The notes: generated by a model from the sequence alone, not told the origin. DNA of 64,000 bases from Ilumatobacteraceae bacterium (GCA_963716235.1 CAVQTE010000017.1:26295-90294); one strand, 5' to 3'; positions 34,232 to 45,136 are shown, counted from the first letter of the stretch. Numbers and translations: made by a program.

Positions 34232-34950
34232 GCAGAGTTCCAGCACTCGTCATCGCCGGACCTGGAACCAACCGTGACCACGACGCGAAACTCGCCCTCG
34301 AACTGGCGGGAGCCTCGGTGCAGATCGTGCTGGCCGATGAACTGATCCGTCGACCCCACCTCCTCGACGAGGCCCGACTCGCCGTCGTCGCCGGCGGCTT
34401 CAGCTACGCCGACTCGCTCGGCGCCGGGCGAATGCTGGCGCTCGACCTGATGGTCGGACTCGGCGATCGGCTCCGAGCATTCGTCGACGCCGGACGGCCG
34501 CTGATCGGCATCTGCAACGGCTTCCAGGTACTCACCCGTACGGGGCTGCTTCCCGGCGCACTCGGCCACAACGCCCAGGGTCGCTTCGACTGTCGGTGGG
34601 TCGTGCTCGACCCACTCCCCACCAGCGTGTCGGTGTGGACGCGCGACATCGACGATGCGATCCACTGCCCGATCGCCCACGGCGAGGGCCGCTACGTCCA
34701 CCCCGATCCCGACGGGCTCGCGGCAGCCGGGCAGGTGGCGTTGCGCTATCGCAGCACGAATCCCAACGGATCGGTGGCCGGCATCGCCGGAGTCAGCGAC
34801 GCCTCCGGCGTGGTGCTCGGGTTGATGCCGCACCCCGAGAATCACATCGTCGCGCGCCAACATCCCCACCACCGACGCGGCGGTGGCGGCGCAGCGCATC
34901 TGGGTCTGCGCCTGTTCGACAACGGCGTCCGCCACGCCAAGGGTCTGTGA
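34228..34950 (+). CDS. purQ: FGAM synthase glutaminase subunit PurQ
   Basis: The start MSRVPALVIAGPGTNRD overlaps the purL stop (ATGA). Blocks GGFSYAD, GICNGFQ and HPE are present. Confidence 0.9.
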   Translation: MSRVPALVIAGPGTNRDHDAKLALELAGASVQIVLADELIRRPHLLDEARLAVVAGGFSYADSLGAGRMLALDLMVGLGDRLRAFVDAGRPLIGICNGFQVLTRTGLLPGALGHNAQGRFDCRWVVLDPLPTSVSVWTRDIDDAIHCPIAHGEGRYVHPDPDGLAAAGQVALRYRSTNPNGSVAGIAGVSDASGVVLGLMPHPENHIVARQHPHHRRGGGGAAHLGLRLFDNGVRHAKGL

Positions 34951-35912
34951 TGGACGACGAACTGTCGGCACTGCCCGAACCATTGGTCGATGTCGACCTC
35001 CCGCTGACCGATCGACGCGACGGCAAGGTGCGAGTCTCGTACGCACTCTCCGACCATCGGAGGCTCTTCGTCACCACCGATCGGCTGTCGGCATTCGACC
35101 GCATCATCGCAGGCGTTGCGTACAAGGGTCAGGTGCTGAACCAGCTCTCGTGGTGGTGGTTCGAGCACTCACGCGACCTCGTCGCCAATCATGCGCTGTC
35201 GACACCGGACCCGAATGTGCTGCTCGCGCGTGAAGCGACCCCGCTCTCCGTCGAAGTGATCGTTCGCGGGTACATCACGGGCGTCACCGACACCGCGCTG
35301 TGGACCCGATACGCAGCGGGCGAACGCCTGATCTACGGGTATGCATTCCCCGACGGGCTGAGGAAGAACACGCCACTTCCCGCGCCGATCATCACCCCGA
35401 CAACCAAGGGAGGAGCCGGGGCCCACGACGAACCGCTGTCGTCGACCGCTGTGGTCGAGCAGGGATTCGTCGACGCAGAGCTGTGGGCCGCCGTCGAGGC
35501 CGCAGCCCTCGCGATGTTCGAACGCGGTGCCCAACGTGGGCTCGAGGCCGGCCTCATCCTCGCCGACACGAAGTTCGAGTTCGGCGTGACAGCCGAGGGT
35601 GAACTGTTGCTGATCGACGAGGTGCTCACACCGGATTCCTCCCGCTGGTGGATCGCCGACACCTACGACGAACGCGTCATGGCAGGCACCGAACCCGAGA
35701 GCCTCGACAAGGAAGTCGTCCGTCGGGCACTGGCCGATGCGGGCTACACCGGCGACGGCCCGATCCCGCAACTGCCTCGCGAGGTGTGGAGCGCCACGTC
35801 GGCGCGCTACATCAACACCTACGAGCGCATCACGGGGACCACGTTCGTCCCGGGCGTCTACCCTGCGGGGCCACGGATCAACGCTGCTGTCGCTCGACTG
35901 GAGATCACCTGA
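34950..35912 (+). CDS. purC: SAICAR synthetase
   Basis: The start MDDELSAL overlaps the purQ stop by 1 nt (TGATG). Blocks DRLSAFD, ILADTKFEFG and DEVLTPDSSR are present. Confidence 0.9.
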   Translation: MDDELSALPEPLVDVDLPLTDRRDGKVRVSYALSDHRRLFVTTDRLSAFDRIIAGVAYKGQVLNQLSWWWFEHSRDLVANHALSTPDPNVLLAREATPLSVEVIVRGYITGVTDTALWTRYAAGERLIYGYAFPDGLRKNTPLPAPIITPTTKGGAGAHDEPLSSTAVVEQGFVDAELWAAVEAAALAMFERGAQRGLEAGLILADTKFEFGVTAEGELLLIDEVLTPDSSRWWIADTYDERVMAGTEPESLDKEVVRRALADAGYTGDGPIPQLPREVWSATSARYINTYERITGTTFVPGVYPAGPRINAAVARLEIT

Positions 35913-35913
35913 C

Positions 35914-37380
35914 ATGACCAAACTTCACCGGCCCATCCCTGTGACAGCAGTGCCGAACGACGACTCCCCCAAGGACGAATGCGGGGTCCTCGGCATCTCG
36001 ACGCCGCACGGCGAAGGTGTGGCACAGCTGGCATTCTTCGGCCTGTTCGCGCTGCAACATCGCGGCCAGGAGGCCGCAGGGATCGCCGTCAGTGACGGCA
36101 AGCGGGCTCGTGTCCACAAAGAGGCGGGTCTCGTTGCGAACGTGTTCACGCCGGAAGCGCTTGCACCCCTCACCGGCTACCACGCCATCGGCCACACCCG
36201 GTACTCGACCACCGGCTCGAATGCGGAGCGCAACATCCAGCCGTTCCTGGTCGAGACGATGCACGGGCCGTTGGCCCTCGCCCACAACGGCAACGTCGTC
36301 AACGCGCCGGCGTTGCGTGACGAGCTGTTGAACCGGGGATTCGGGCTCACTGCAACCAGCGACTCCGAGGTGATGACGCTGATGCTCGCCGCCGCGGGCG
36401 GCCAGACCTGGGAGGAGCGCATCGAGCGCACGCTGCCGGCATGGAAGGGCGCATTCTCGCTCGTGCTGCTGGCGGCCGACCACGTGATCGCCGTGCGTGA
36501 CCCCTGGGGTTTCCGGCCGCTGTCGATCGGCCGCCTCCCCCATGGCGGTCACGCCGTTGCCAGCGAGACCTGCGCCCTGTCGACGCTCGGATGTGTCGAC
36601 ATCGAGGAAGTACAGCCTGGCGAGATGGTGACCCTGATCGGCGCCGAGATGCACCGGTCACAGGTGCTCGCTCCCCAACCACGAGGCGCGCGATGCACGT
36701 TCGAGTTCGTCTACTTCTCGCGCCCCGACTCGGTGTGGGACGGCCGCAACGTCCACCACGTCCGCCAGCGTCTCGGGGTGCAGCTCGCCCAGGAAGCTCC
36801 GGCCGACGCCGACGTGGTGATTCCCGTGCCCGACTCGTCGATCCCGGCCGCGATCGGATTCTCCAACGAGAGCGGCATCCCCTTCAACGACGGACTGATC
36901 AAGAACCGGTACATCGGCCGCACGTTCATCGAGCCCACCCAGGACATCCGTGAGCGTGGCGTCGCCCTCAAGTTCAATGCGCTCAGAGAGAACCTCGAGG
37001 GCAAACGGGTGGTGATGATCGACGACTCGCTCGTGCGCGGCACCACTGCGGGGCCCCTCGTGAAGCTCGTGCGAGACGCGGGAGCGACCGAGGTCCACGT
37101 TCGCATCACGTGTCCGCCGATCACGCACGCGTGTCACTTCGGCGTCGACATGGGCCACGATGGCGACCTCATCGCCGCACGGCTCCGCGTGGACGAGATG
37201 CGTGAGCACATCGGCGCCGACAGCCTGGCGTTCCTGTCGCTCGACGGGATGATGTTGGCGGTGGCCGACACCCCCGCGCACGACGACGACGGCTACTGCA
37301 ATGCCTGTTACACCGGGCGGTATCCGATGAACGTCGGTGATGCGCAGCCCAAGCTCTCGTTCGAAGGCGTGCTCGCCTGA
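35914..37380 (+). CDS. purF: Amidophosphoribosyltransferase
   Basis: DECGVLGI (Ntn Cys), LQHRGQEAAGIA, and the PRPP motif VVMIDDSLVRGTT. Confidence 0.9.
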   Translation: MTKLHRPIPVTAVPNDDSPKDECGVLGISTPHGEGVAQLAFFGLFALQHRGQEAAGIAVSDGKRARVHKEAGLVANVFTPEALAPLTGYHAIGHTRYSTTGSNAERNIQPFLVETMHGPLALAHNGNVVNAPALRDELLNRGFGLTATSDSEVMTLMLAAAGGQTWEERIERTLPAWKGAFSLVLLAADHVIAVRDPWGFRPLSIGRLPHGGHAVASETCALSTLGCVDIEEVQPGEMVTLIGAEMHRSQVLAPQPRGARCTFEFVYFSRPDSVWDGRNVHHVRQRLGVQLAQEAPADADVVIPVPDSSIPAAIGFSNESGIPFNDGLIKNRYIGRTFIEPTQDIRERGVALKFNALRENLEGKRVVMIDDSLVRGTTAGPLVKLVRDAGATEVHVRITCPPITHACHFGVDMGHDGDLIAARLRVDEMREHIGADSLAFLSLDGMMLAVADTPAHDDDGYCNACYTGRYPMNVGDAQPKLSFEGVLA

Positions 37381-39573
37381 TGCGGGTACTGGTCATCGGA
37401 TCGGGTGGCCGCGAGCAAGCGATTGTGTGGGCCTGCCGGCACCACGGCCACGACGTGCGCATCGAGGCAGCCCTCGGTGACGCATCCACCGACGACACCG
37501 ATCTCGTGATCCCCGGCCCCGAAGCGGTGCTCGTCGCCGGTGTCGCCGACGAATGCGCAGCGTCGCGGCATCCCGTGCTTCGGCCCCACCGCCGACGTGG
37601 CCCGACTCGAATCGTCGAAGTCGTTCGCCCGCGAGCTGGCGACGTCACTCGGCATCCCCGGCCCGGCGTTCGGCCGTTTCGACGACGCCGGCGAAGCGAT
37701 CGCCTGGTGGAACCGGCTGGCGCGCCCCATCGTCGTGAAGCTCGACGGCCTCGCCGCGGGCAAGGGTGTCACGGTGCCGTCGACCGATGCGGAGACCGTC
37801 GACGCGATCACGGCGGCGGCCACCGTCGGCCCCTTCGTGCTGGAAGAGCGGCTCCACGGTCCCGAATGCTCGCTGCTCGCGCTCTGCGACGGCTCCCGAG
37901 CCGTGGCACTGCCGATCGCCCAGGACCACAAGCGCATCGGCGAGGGCGACACCGGGGCCAACACGGGTGGCATGGGCGCCTACGCCCCGGCTCCGGTCCC
38001 CTACTCGGCCGATGAACTGCTGGCGACGTTCGTCCAGCCGATCCTCGACCACCTCGCGGCGAACGGAACGCCGTACGTCGGTGTGCTGTTCGCCGGGCTG
38101 ATGCTGACCGCCGACGGTCCACGGCTCATCGAGTACAACGTCCGCTTCGGTGATCCGGAGGCCCAGGCCGTGCTGCCGTTGCTCGAGACCGACCTCGCCG
38201 ATCTGGCCCTGGCGTGCACTCGGGGATCGCTCGACGACATCCCACTCGTCGTGCGCGCGCAGTCGGCGCTCACCGTTGTCGCTGCGGCGCCCGGGTACCC
38301 CGCCGCCCCGGTGACCGGGGCCACCGTCACCGATCACATGCAGAGCGGCGTCATCGGTCCCGACGGCACCACGACCCTGCGGTTCGACGCCGCCGTCGAC
38401 GCCGAGGGTCGGGTTGCCGGTGGTCGGGTGCTGGCGGTCACCGGGATCGGCTTCGATCTCGCCGAAGCCCGTCGCGCCGCGTACGAGCACATGGCGAACA
38501 TCCACTTCGACGGGATGCAGGTGCGACGCGACATCGGCTGGCGCGCGCTCGGCGCGGGCCTCGCGTCGTATGCCGCGGCCGGGGTCGACATCGACGAGGG
38601 CAGTCGCGCCGTTTCCGAGATGAAGGCGGCCGTCGAGGCCACCCATGACAACGGCGTGCTCAAGGGTGTCGGCAGTTTCGGTGGCGTGTTCTCGGCGAAG
38701 GCGATCCTGGAGCTGGACGATCCGGTGCTCGTGGCGTCGACCGACGGCGTGGGAACGAAGGTCGAACTCGCCGCTCGACTCGGCATGGTCCGGGGCGTGG
38801 GGATGGACATCGTCAATCACTGCATCGACGACGTGCTCGTCCAGTCGGCGCGGCCGCTGTTCTTCCTCGACTACATCGCCGCCAGCGTGCTCGACGCCGA
38901 CATGGTCGCCGAGGTCGTGCGCGGGATGGCCGACGCCTGTCGGGCAGCTGGCTGTGCGTTGCTGGGCGGAGAGACCGCTGAGATGCCGGGCGTCTACCAG
39001 CCGGGTGCGTTCGACATCGCGGGCACTCTCGTCGGCGTGGCCGAACGGTCCGAGCTGCTCCCCCGGGCCGACGTCGCGGCCGGTGACGTGCTCATCGGCG
39101 TCACCTCGAGCGGACCCCACACCAACGGCTATTCGCTGCTGCGCAAGATCTTCGACTGGATCCCGATGGACGTCGTCCCCGACGGCTTCGATCGTCCACT
39201 CGGCGAGACGCTGCTGGAGCCGCACCGTTCGTACCTCGACGTATTGCGTCCTGCGCTCGATTCGGGTCACGTGAAGGCCCTCGCCCACATCACCGGTGGG
39301 GGCCTCCCCGAGAACCTCCCGAGGGTGCTGCCCGACGACGTCGACGCCGTGATCGAACTCGGTTCGTGGCCGGTGTCACCGCTGTTCGCGCTCGCACGGG
39401 AGTTGACGCCGCTGATGGAGACCGACGAGCTCTACCGCACACTGAACATGGGCATCGGCATGGTCATCGTGTGCGCCCCCGACGAGGCGGACGCGTTGCG
39501 GGCGACCATCGCCGAGCCCACCTGGATCATCGGCACCCTGCGGCCCGGCTCCGGCACCGTCCACCTCACCTGA
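37380..39573 (+). CDS. purD-purM: PurD-PurM fusion (GAR synthetase + AIR synthetase), frame interrupted by an apparent 1-nt indel near 37563-37567
   Basis: MRVLVIGSGGREQAI...GVADECAA is in the frame of ATG 37380. GIPCFGPTADVARLESSKSF...RRDIGWRAL then continues in the +1 frame (ORF 37540-39573). It runs without a stop into PurM (SYAAAGVDIDEG, DGVGTK, GGETAEMPG). Confidence 0.8.
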
Positions 39574-39725
39574 AACCCGAGAACCCACCCGAACCCCGAA
39601 ACATGCCGCCCTGTGCACGCTCGGCGCGCGAACCGGTGCACATTTCGGCATGGCGGAATGGTGTGCGGATGGATTTTTCGTTCAGCCTCATCGGTGCCGT
39701 GGCTCTCCATCGCTAGGTTCGACAC

Positions 39726-40367
39726 ATGGGAGCCACCGACACCGACCGCCCGACACGGGCCAGGCGACTGGTCGTTCTCGTGTCGGGAAGCGGTTCGAAC
39801 CTCCAGGCCATCATCGATGCCTGCGCCGATGACCGCCTCCCGGCCGAGGTGGTGGCCGTCGTCTCGAACAAGGCCGATGTCTTCGCACTCCAGCGCGCCG
39901 ACGCCGCCGGGGTTCCTGCCGTTCACGTCGGCGTGCACCCCGGCGAGGAACGCGCCGACTACGACGCCCGCCTCGCCGACGTCGTCGCGGGTTTCGACCC
40001 CGACCTGGTCGTGCTCGCGGGATGGATGCGCCTGCTCACGATGAGCTTCCTCGGCTGGTTCCCGAACCGGGTGGTCAACCTCCACCCGGCCCTCCCCGGC
40101 GATCTACCCGGCACCCGCGCCATCGAACGGGCATGGGACGACGCGATCGCCGGCACTCGCACGCAGACCGGCGTGATGGTCCACTTGGTCCCGGACGAAG
40201 GTGTCGACGACGGTCCGGTGCTCGGAACCGCCACGATCGACATCGACACCGCCGCCGGGTTCGACGCATTCGCCGAACTCGTGCACGCCACCGAGCACCG
40301 GCTCCTCGTCGACACGCTCTCCTCGCTCTGTACCGCCACCCCCGACCGCACGGAGGTCTCCGCATGA
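39726..40367 (+). CDS. purN: Phosphoribosylglycinamide formyltransferase
   Basis: Blocks [25 protein letters not shown] and [14 protein letters not shown]. Confidence 0.9.
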   Translation: MGATDTDRPTRARRLVVLVSGSGSNLQAIIDACADDRLPAEVVAVVSNKADVFALQRADAAGVPAVHVGVHPGEERADYDARLADVVAGFDPDLVVLAGWMRLLTMSFLGWFPNRVVNLHPALPGDLPGTRAIERAWDDAIAGTRTQTGVMVHLVPDEGVDDGPVLGTATIDIDTAAGFDAFAELVHATEHRLLVDTLSSLCTATPDRTEVSA

Positions 40368-41887
40368 CCGATCAACGCCGCACCAGCCCGAACGACGACT
40401 TCTTCGACCGGTTCGAGGCCCTGACCTTCAACGACGTCGTCGTGATCCCCGGCTACTCCGAGACACTGCCCGACGAGGTCGACACGTCGGCGACGTTCGC
40501 CGCGGACATCGAGTTGGCCGTTCCCCTCGTGTCCGCCGCGATGGACAAGGTGACCGAGGGCCGGATGGCGGTCGCCATGGCCCGTCACGGGGGCATCGGT
40601 GTGATCCACCGCAACATGTCGATCGTGGACCAGGCGTCGGAGGTCCAGAAGGTGAAGCGTTCGCAGTCGGGCATGATCACCGACCCGGTGACCCTCGCCC
40701 CGACCGCCCTGCTCCACGAGGCGGAGGCCCTGATGCACCGCTTCAAGTTCTCGGGCGTTCCGATCACCGACCCCGACGGGCGACTCGTCGGCATCCTCAC
40801 CAACCGCGACATCCGCTTCTGCGAGGGGTCCGACTTCGAACGACCCGTCACCGACTTCATGACTGCCGACGGTCTCGTGACCGCCGAGGTCGGCACCTCA
40901 CTCGATCAGGCCAAGGCGATCCTGCAGCAGCACCGCATCGAGAAACTTCCCCTCGTCGACGCCAATGGTCACCTCGCCGGTTTGATCACCGTCAAGGACA
41001 TCCAGAAACGACTCGACTTCCCGAACGCCTCCCGTGACGCCCGTGGGAGGCTGCGATGCGCAGCTGCGGTCGGAGTAGGCGCCGATCTGGAGGAGCGTGT
41101 CGAGGCGCTCGTGGCAATGGGTGTCGACGCGGTGTCGATCGACACTGCCCACGGCCATTCGGCGAATGTCGTCAAGGCCATCCAGCGCATCAAGGGGTCG
41201 TGGCCCGATCTGCCGGTGACGGCCGGCAACGTGGTCACCGAGGAAGGCGTCGAAACGCTCGCCGGCGCCGGCGCGGATGGCGTCAAGGTCGGTGTCGGAG
41301 CCGGTTCGATCTGCACAACCCGCGTGGTGTCCGGGGCGGGCATGCCCCAGTTGTCGGCGATCTGGTTCACGTCCCAGCGCGCGCGTCGACTCGGGATTCC
41401 GGTGATCGCGGACGGAGGCATCACCTTCTCCGGCGACATCGTGAAGGCGATCGTCGCCGGTGCGTCCACGGTGATGCTCGGGTCGTTGCTCGCGGGCACC
41501 GAAGAGAGCCCTGGCGAGATGGAGCTGTTCGAGGGACGCCGGTACAAGAGCTACCGCGGCATGGGTTCGATGGGCGCCATGACCGGCGACAGCCAGGACC
41601 GATACGCCACTGGCCAGTCGTCGGGCGGCAAGACCGCCGTCGGCGCCGGGAGCAGCAAGCTCGTACCCGAAGGCATCGAGGGTCGTGTGCCGTATGCCGG
41701 CCCGCTCGGCGACGTCGCCTACCAGCTCGTCGGCGGTCTCCGCTCGGGTATGGGCTACGCCGGCGCCGCCACGCTCGACGCCCTCCGCAGCGCCCGCCTC
41801 ATGCGGGTCACCGCAGCCGGCCGTGAGGAGTCGCACCCCCACGACGTGACCATCACGAAGGAAGCCCCGAACTACCAACGGTCCTGA
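40364..41887 (+). CDS. guaB: IMP dehydrogenase
   Basis: The start MTDQRR overlaps the purN stop (ATGA). A CBS pair is present, with the catalytic loop [11 protein letters not shown] and GGITFSGD. Confidence 0.95.
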   Translation: MTDQRRTSPNDDFFDRFEALTFNDVVVIPGYSETLPDEVDTSATFAADIELAVPLVSAAMDKVTEGRMAVAMARHGGIGVIHRNMSIVDQASEVQKVKRSQSGMITDPVTLAPTALLHEAEALMHRFKFSGVPITDPDGRLVGILTNRDIRFCEGSDFERPVTDFMTADGLVTAEVGTSLDQAKAILQQHRIEKLPLVDANGHLAGLITVKDIQKRLDFPNASRDARGRLRCAAAVGVGADLEERVEALVAMGVDAVSIDTAHGHSANVVKAIQRIKGSWPDLPVTAGNVVTEEGVETLAGAGADGVKVGVGAGSICTTRVVSGAGMPQLSAIWFTSQRARRLGIPVIADGGITFSGDIVKAIVAGASTVMLGSLLAGTEESPGEMELFEGRRYKSYRGMGSMGAMTGDSQDRYATGQSSGGKTAVGAGSSKLVPEGIEGRVPYAGPLGDVAYQLVGGLRSGMGYAGAATLDALRSARLMRVTAAGREESHPHDVTITKEAPNYQRS

Positions 41888-41936
41888 CGGGCTTCGGTGG
41901 GCCGATTCCCGCGCATTTCGGAAGGTGGAGGGAGGT

Positions 41937-43373
41937 TCAGGCCAGCTTCTCGACGAACGCCTCGAGTTGGCGCAGATTGCGACACTCGTAGACGCCGTCG
42001 GTGTGGGTGCCGTACTCGCCGACGATCGAGTCGCCGGTGTTCCAGTAGCTGCGGGGTTCGGGGTTCAGCCAGTAGACGTGGCGGGCCTTCTGCGCGATTT
42101 CCTTGACCACCCAGGCCTGGCTGGCGTGGTAGTTGTTGCGGGCATCGCCGAGGAGCAGCACCGTCGACTTCGGACCGATGTCCTTGCCGTAACGCTCCCA
42201 GAACACCTCGAAGGCATGGCCGTAGTCCGAGTGGCCGTCGACCCACACGACATCGGCCTCGGTGTTCACCCGGTGGATCGCCTCGGCGATGTCCTCGGTG
42301 GCACGGAAGTAGTCGGTGACCTCGTCGATGCCGTCGATGAAGACGAACGAGCGGACCTTCGAGAACTGGTTCTGGATGGCGTACACGAGCATCAACGTGA
42401 ACCGGGCGAACGCCGCGACCGACCCCGAGATGTCGGCGATCACGACCAGCTCGGGTTTGGCCGGACGCGGGTACTTGAACTTCGGCTCGGCCGGCACGCC
42501 GCCGTAGCTGAGCGAATGCCGCACGGTGTTGCGGAAGTCGAGCGGACCCTTGCGACCGTGGCGGCGCTTGCGGGCCAGACGTGCAGCGAGCTTGCGGGTG
42601 AGCGGGTACAGCGACTTCTTCAGCGCCACCATCTCGTCACGTGACGCATGCATGAACTCGACGTCTTCGGGGAGCGGCTTGCGAAGCGTCTTGGCCATGG
42701 CTTCGGCACCCCGGTCGGCGACCAGGCGGCGACGAATCTCGGCTTCGATCTCGCCCTTGAACTGCTCGATGCGATGCTCGAACTCTTCCTTCTCGAGACG
42801 CTCTTCGAGCGAGGTCAGGTCGCCGTCGGCGTCCTGACGGGCCTGCTCCATCATCTTTTCGAGCATGCCGTCGAGGTCGAGGTTGCGCAGTGTGCGGTAG
42901 AGGTAGTACGTGCCGCCGACGGGTCGCCCGGGCTCCATGCCGGCGAAGCGCTGAACGGATTGCTTGGCCATCGCCCGCATCACACCCTGGTCGCCGTTCA
43001 TCAACGCCGACATGAGCATCTGAGCGATTTCCTCGGGCGTCAGGCTGTCGAGCCCACCGGCGCCGCCGGCACCCTCCTGCTGCTGCTCCTGCAGCTCGCG
43101 CCACAGCTCGTCGATGTCGGTTTCGTCGTCGCCACCCTGGACCAGCTTGTACTCGGGTCCACGAAGGCTGAAGTACACCTCGAACACCGTCTCGAAACTG
43201 CGCCAGTGCGCATGGTTCTTGATCAGCGTGGCTCCGAGCGCGTACTTGAACGCCTCACGATCCTCGATCGGGATGTGCTGTACGGCCTCCATCGCATCGA
43301 GGTTCTCCGTGAGGCTGACAGGCAGCCCTGCGTTGCGGAGTTCGACGACGAAGCCGTTGAGAAGATCGAGCAT
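41937..43373 (-). CDS. VWA domain-containing CoxE-like protein
   Basis: The start MLDLLNGFVVELRNAGLPVS is at ATG 43373. The C-terminal VWA domain has the MIDAS-type VVIADISGS. Confidence 0.85.
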   Translation of the reverse strand: MLDLLNGFVVELRNAGLPVSLTENLDAMEAVQHIPIEDREAFKYALGATLIKNHAHWRSFETVFEVYFSLRGPEYKLVQGGDDETDIDELWRELQEQQQEGAGGAGGLDSLTPEEIAQMLMSALMNGDQGVMRAMAKQSVQRFAGMEPGRPVGGTYYLYRTLRNLDLDGMLEKMMEQARQDADGDLTSLEERLEKEEFEHRIEQFKGEIEAEIRRRLVADRGAEAMAKTLRKPLPEDVEFMHASRDEMVALKKSLYPLTRKLAARLARKRRHGRKGPLDFRNTVRHSLSYGGVPAEPKFKYPRPAKPELVVIADISGSVAAFARFTLMLVYAIQNQFSKVRSFVFIDGIDEVTDYFRATEDIAEAIHRVNTEADVVWVDGHSDYGHAFEVFWERYGKDIGPKSTVLLLGDARNNYHASQAWVVKEIAQKARHVYWLNPEPRSYWNTGDSIVGEYGTHTDGVYECRNLRQLEAFVEKLA

Positions 43374-43407
43374 GGGGTGTGCGCCTACCGTTCGTCGAGC
43401 GCCCGGA

Positions 43408-44316
43408 TCAGCTGCTCTCCACGGAGAGCTCCTTGGCCGCCTTGGCGATGTCGGTCTGGTACTTGAGGAGCACGTGGAGCGTGTCCTTGGCGGTCTGCTC
43501 GTCGATGTTGTCGATGTTGAGCAGCAACAGCGTGCGAGCCCAGTCGAGGGTTTCCGACACGCTCGGCGACTTCTTGAGATCGAGCTGACGGATCGAGCGC
43601 ACGATACGGGCGACCTGATCGGCGAGATGCTCCGAGATGTCGGGCACCTTGGCGAGCACGATCTCCTTCTCGCGTTCGAGCTGCGGGTAGTCGACGTGCA
43701 GGTACAGGCACCGACGCTTGAGGGCCTCGGACAGTTCACGAGTGTTGTTCGACGTGAGGAACACCAGCGGGATCTGCGTGGCCGTGATCGTGCCGAGCTC
43801 GGGGATCGACACCTGGTAGTCGGACAGGATCTCCAACAGCAGCGCCTCGGTCTCGACCTCGACGCGGTCGACCTCGTCGATCAGGAGCACCACAGGATCG
43901 GTGGCCGTGATCGCTTCGAGCAGTGGACGGGTGAGGAGGAACTCGTCGGAGAAGATGTCGTCCTTGATCTCCGTCCAGTCCTCTCCCTGTTCGCCCCGCT
44001 CGGTCTGGATGCGAAGGAGCTGCTTCTTGTAGTTCCACTCGTAGAGGGCTTTGGACTCGTCGAGGCCCTCGTAGCACTGCAGTCGGATGAGCCGGGCGTC
44101 GGTGATCTCGGCGATGGACTTGGCGAGCTGGGTCTTGCCGGTTCCGGCAGGCCCCTCGACGAGAATCGGCTTCTGCAGCCGGTCAGCGAGGTAGGCCACG
44201 CCGGCGATGCCGTCGTCGGCGAGATAGCTCACGTCGCGCAGGGCGTCGCGCACCGACTGCACACTCTCGAAGCGGTGGGTGGTGCTACCGGTTGCCCCGG
44301 CATCCGTCGTGGTCAT
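43408..44316 (-). CDS. MoxR/CoxD-like AAA+ ATPase
   Basis: The start MTTTDAGATG is at ATG 44316. Walker A is GPAGTGKT and Walker B is LLIDEVD. Confidence 0.9.
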   Translation of the reverse strand: MTTTDAGATGSTTHRFESVQSVRDALRDVSYLADDGIAGVAYLADRLQKPILVEGPAGTGKTQLAKSIAEITDARLIRLQCYEGLDESKALYEWNYKKQLLRIQTERGEQGEDWTEIKDDIFSDEFLLTRPLLEAITATDPVVLLIDEVDRVEVETEALLLEILSDYQVSIPELGTITATQIPLVFLTSNNTRELSEALKRRCLYLHVDYPQLEREKEIVLAKVPDISEHLADQVARIVRSIRQLDLKKSPSVSETLDWARTLLLLNIDNIDEQTAKDTLHVLLKYQTDIAKAAKELSVESS

Positions 44317-44360
44317 GGCATCGAACGCTACCCGGCGGCTTGACCCACGGGTCAATTGGG

Positions 44361-45125
44361 ATGCCCTACGCTCGCCGTATGCCTGGGACCTCGTTCGATC
44401 GGGTCGCATCGATCTATGACGCCACACGCGGCGGCGAACGGCGCGGCGACACCTTCGCCGACGCCCTGTCGGCCTGGATCGTCGGCCCGACCGTCGTCGA
44501 GCTCGGGATCGGAACCGGGGTCATCGCCAACGGCCTGCGACGCCATGACATCCATCCGCTCGGATTCGATCTCAGCGATGCGATGCTGCGATCGGCGGTT
44601 GCCCGACTGGGTGACCGCGTCGCCATCGCGGACGTCGATCGGCTCCCGCTCGCCGACGACTGCACCGACACCGCCTACTTCGTCTGGGTGCTGCAGCTGG
44701 TCGACGACCCAATCGCCACGTTGAACGAGGCCGCGCGGATCGTGCGGCCCGGCGGGCGCGTGATCGCGATCCTGTCGAACTCCGAATTCGACCCGGCCGA
44801 CGAGATCGCGACGATCATCGACGGGCTGGCTCCCCTGCGCACCGCGCGCCTCGATAGGAACCGGATCGTCGAGGCGGACGTCGACGGGCTGTCGCTCGCG
44901 CACCAGGGGTACACGCCGTGGGACAGGTTCACGAGCACCGTCGCCGACGAGATCGACCACATCGAGAACCGCGTCTACTCGTCGCTGTTCGACGTCGACG
45001 ACGCCACGTGGGCTCGCGTGGTTGCTCCCGTCCTCGAGCGGCTACGGGCACTTCCCGACCCCGAACGACCACGCGAGCGCCGCAACCGCCACCCCCTCCT
45101 CGTCTGGCAGGTCCGACACCACTAG
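44361..45125 (+). CDS. Class I SAM-dependent methyltransferase
   Basis: Motif I VVELGIGTGV, then a post-II/III block and GGRVIAIL. The start is 44361 or 44379. Confidence 0.75.
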   Translation: MPYARRMPGTSFDRVASIYDATRGGERRGDTFADALSAWIVGPTVVELGIGTGVIANGLRRHDIHPLGFDLSDAMLRSAVARLGDRVAIADVDRLPLADDCTDTAYFVWVLQLVDDPIATLNEAARIVRPGGRVIAILSNSEFDPADEIATIIDGLAPLRTARLDRNRIVEADVDGLSLAHQGYTPWDRFTSTVADEIDHIENRVYSSLFDVDDATWARVVAPVLERLRALPDPERPRERRNRHPLLVWQVRHH

Positions 45126-45136
45126 CGTTCGCTCGA

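Noticed and set aside
39574-39725. Possible ZTP (pfl) or purine riboswitch upstream of purN, and a 37-codon ORF (39603-39716).
   Set aside because: I found no match to the conserved ZTP 3' element (CCGCCTGGGC-like) or to purine-riboswitch loops. The mini-ORF has no SD and an implausible composition. The region is kept only as an unexplained structured spacer.
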